A model generated the notes under the pieces. It was not told where the DNA came from. It saw only the letters and a program-made list of their open reading frames with translations, and did not search any database. A stretch of DNA of 63,350 bases, filler included, from Octopus bimaculoides (Eukaryota): the NCBI RefSeq assembly GCF_001194135.2. It is 6 parts of 6 records of this genome, joined end to end, with 100 filler letters (N's around TTAATTAATTAA, not from the genome) between each part and the next. Parts side by side here need not be neighbours in the genome. Positions count along the whole stretch, not along the records: positions 58,413 to 63,350 come from NC_068984.1; 5 more parts are not named here. One strand, written 5' to 3'. Below, in pieces: positions 63,121-63,350 of this stretch. Every line of letters begins with the position of its first letter. Position 1 is the stretch's first letter. A program made the translations under genes and the position numbers.

Positions 63121-63280
63121 GAGCAGACGTGGCTGTGTGGTACGAAATTTGCTTCCTAAATACAGAGCTCCAGGTTCAGTACATCGGTGTGGTAATTTGG
63201 GCAAGTGCCTTCTACTAAAGCCTCAGGCCGACTAAAGATTGTGAGTGGATTTAGTAGACGGAAAGAGGAAGAAGCCCGCC
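63121..63280 (+). mobile_element. SINE family 1 head, running into terminal (CA)n
   Basis: gtggctgtgtggtacg..gggcaagtgccttctactaaagcctcaggccgac..gtgagtggatttagtagacggaa. Confidence 0.8.
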
Positions 63281-63289
63281 ACCTCCACT

Positions 63290-63350
<61 letters not shown>

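Overview
Repeat-dominated eukaryotic genomic DNA with no confidently identifiable host gene, rRNA, tRNA gene or CRISPR array. The SINE/LINE/MITE families and dense AAT, CA/TG, TA and GATA microsatellites look like an octopod cephalopod (Octopus-like). That assignment is recalled family resemblance, not a database result. The window is at least six pieces joined by identical 100-nt spacers (44 N + TTAATTAATTAA + 44 N), so adjacency across 5641-5740, 26580-26679, 42476-42575, 53871-53970 and 58313-58412 is not evidence of true linkage. Retroelements: two large decayed RTE-clade LINEs (8051-14660 minus; 22460-26236 plus), a second RTE family nested in both, Tx1/L1-group and R4/Dong-like LINE fragments, probable solo LTRs and three tRNA-derived SINE families. 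DNA elements: tandem Helitron PIF1-helicase remnants, two mariner remnants, a Tigger/pogo remnant, a hAT MITE with a perfect 8-bp TSD and many fold-back or TIR elements. Most noteworthy: (1) several minimal hammerhead-ribozyme-like motifs, including an inverted pair inside one fold-back element (33796-34005); (2) a ~500-bp non-coding element with a defined 5' end that sits in (TAA)n-type microsatellites in all three copies, one next to a Dong-like RT; (3) an RTE ORF ending in three C2H2 zinc-finger motifs; (4) TIR elements carrying CCAAT, octamer and RFX-like motifs; (5) two divergent solo LTRs in one (TA)n tract.
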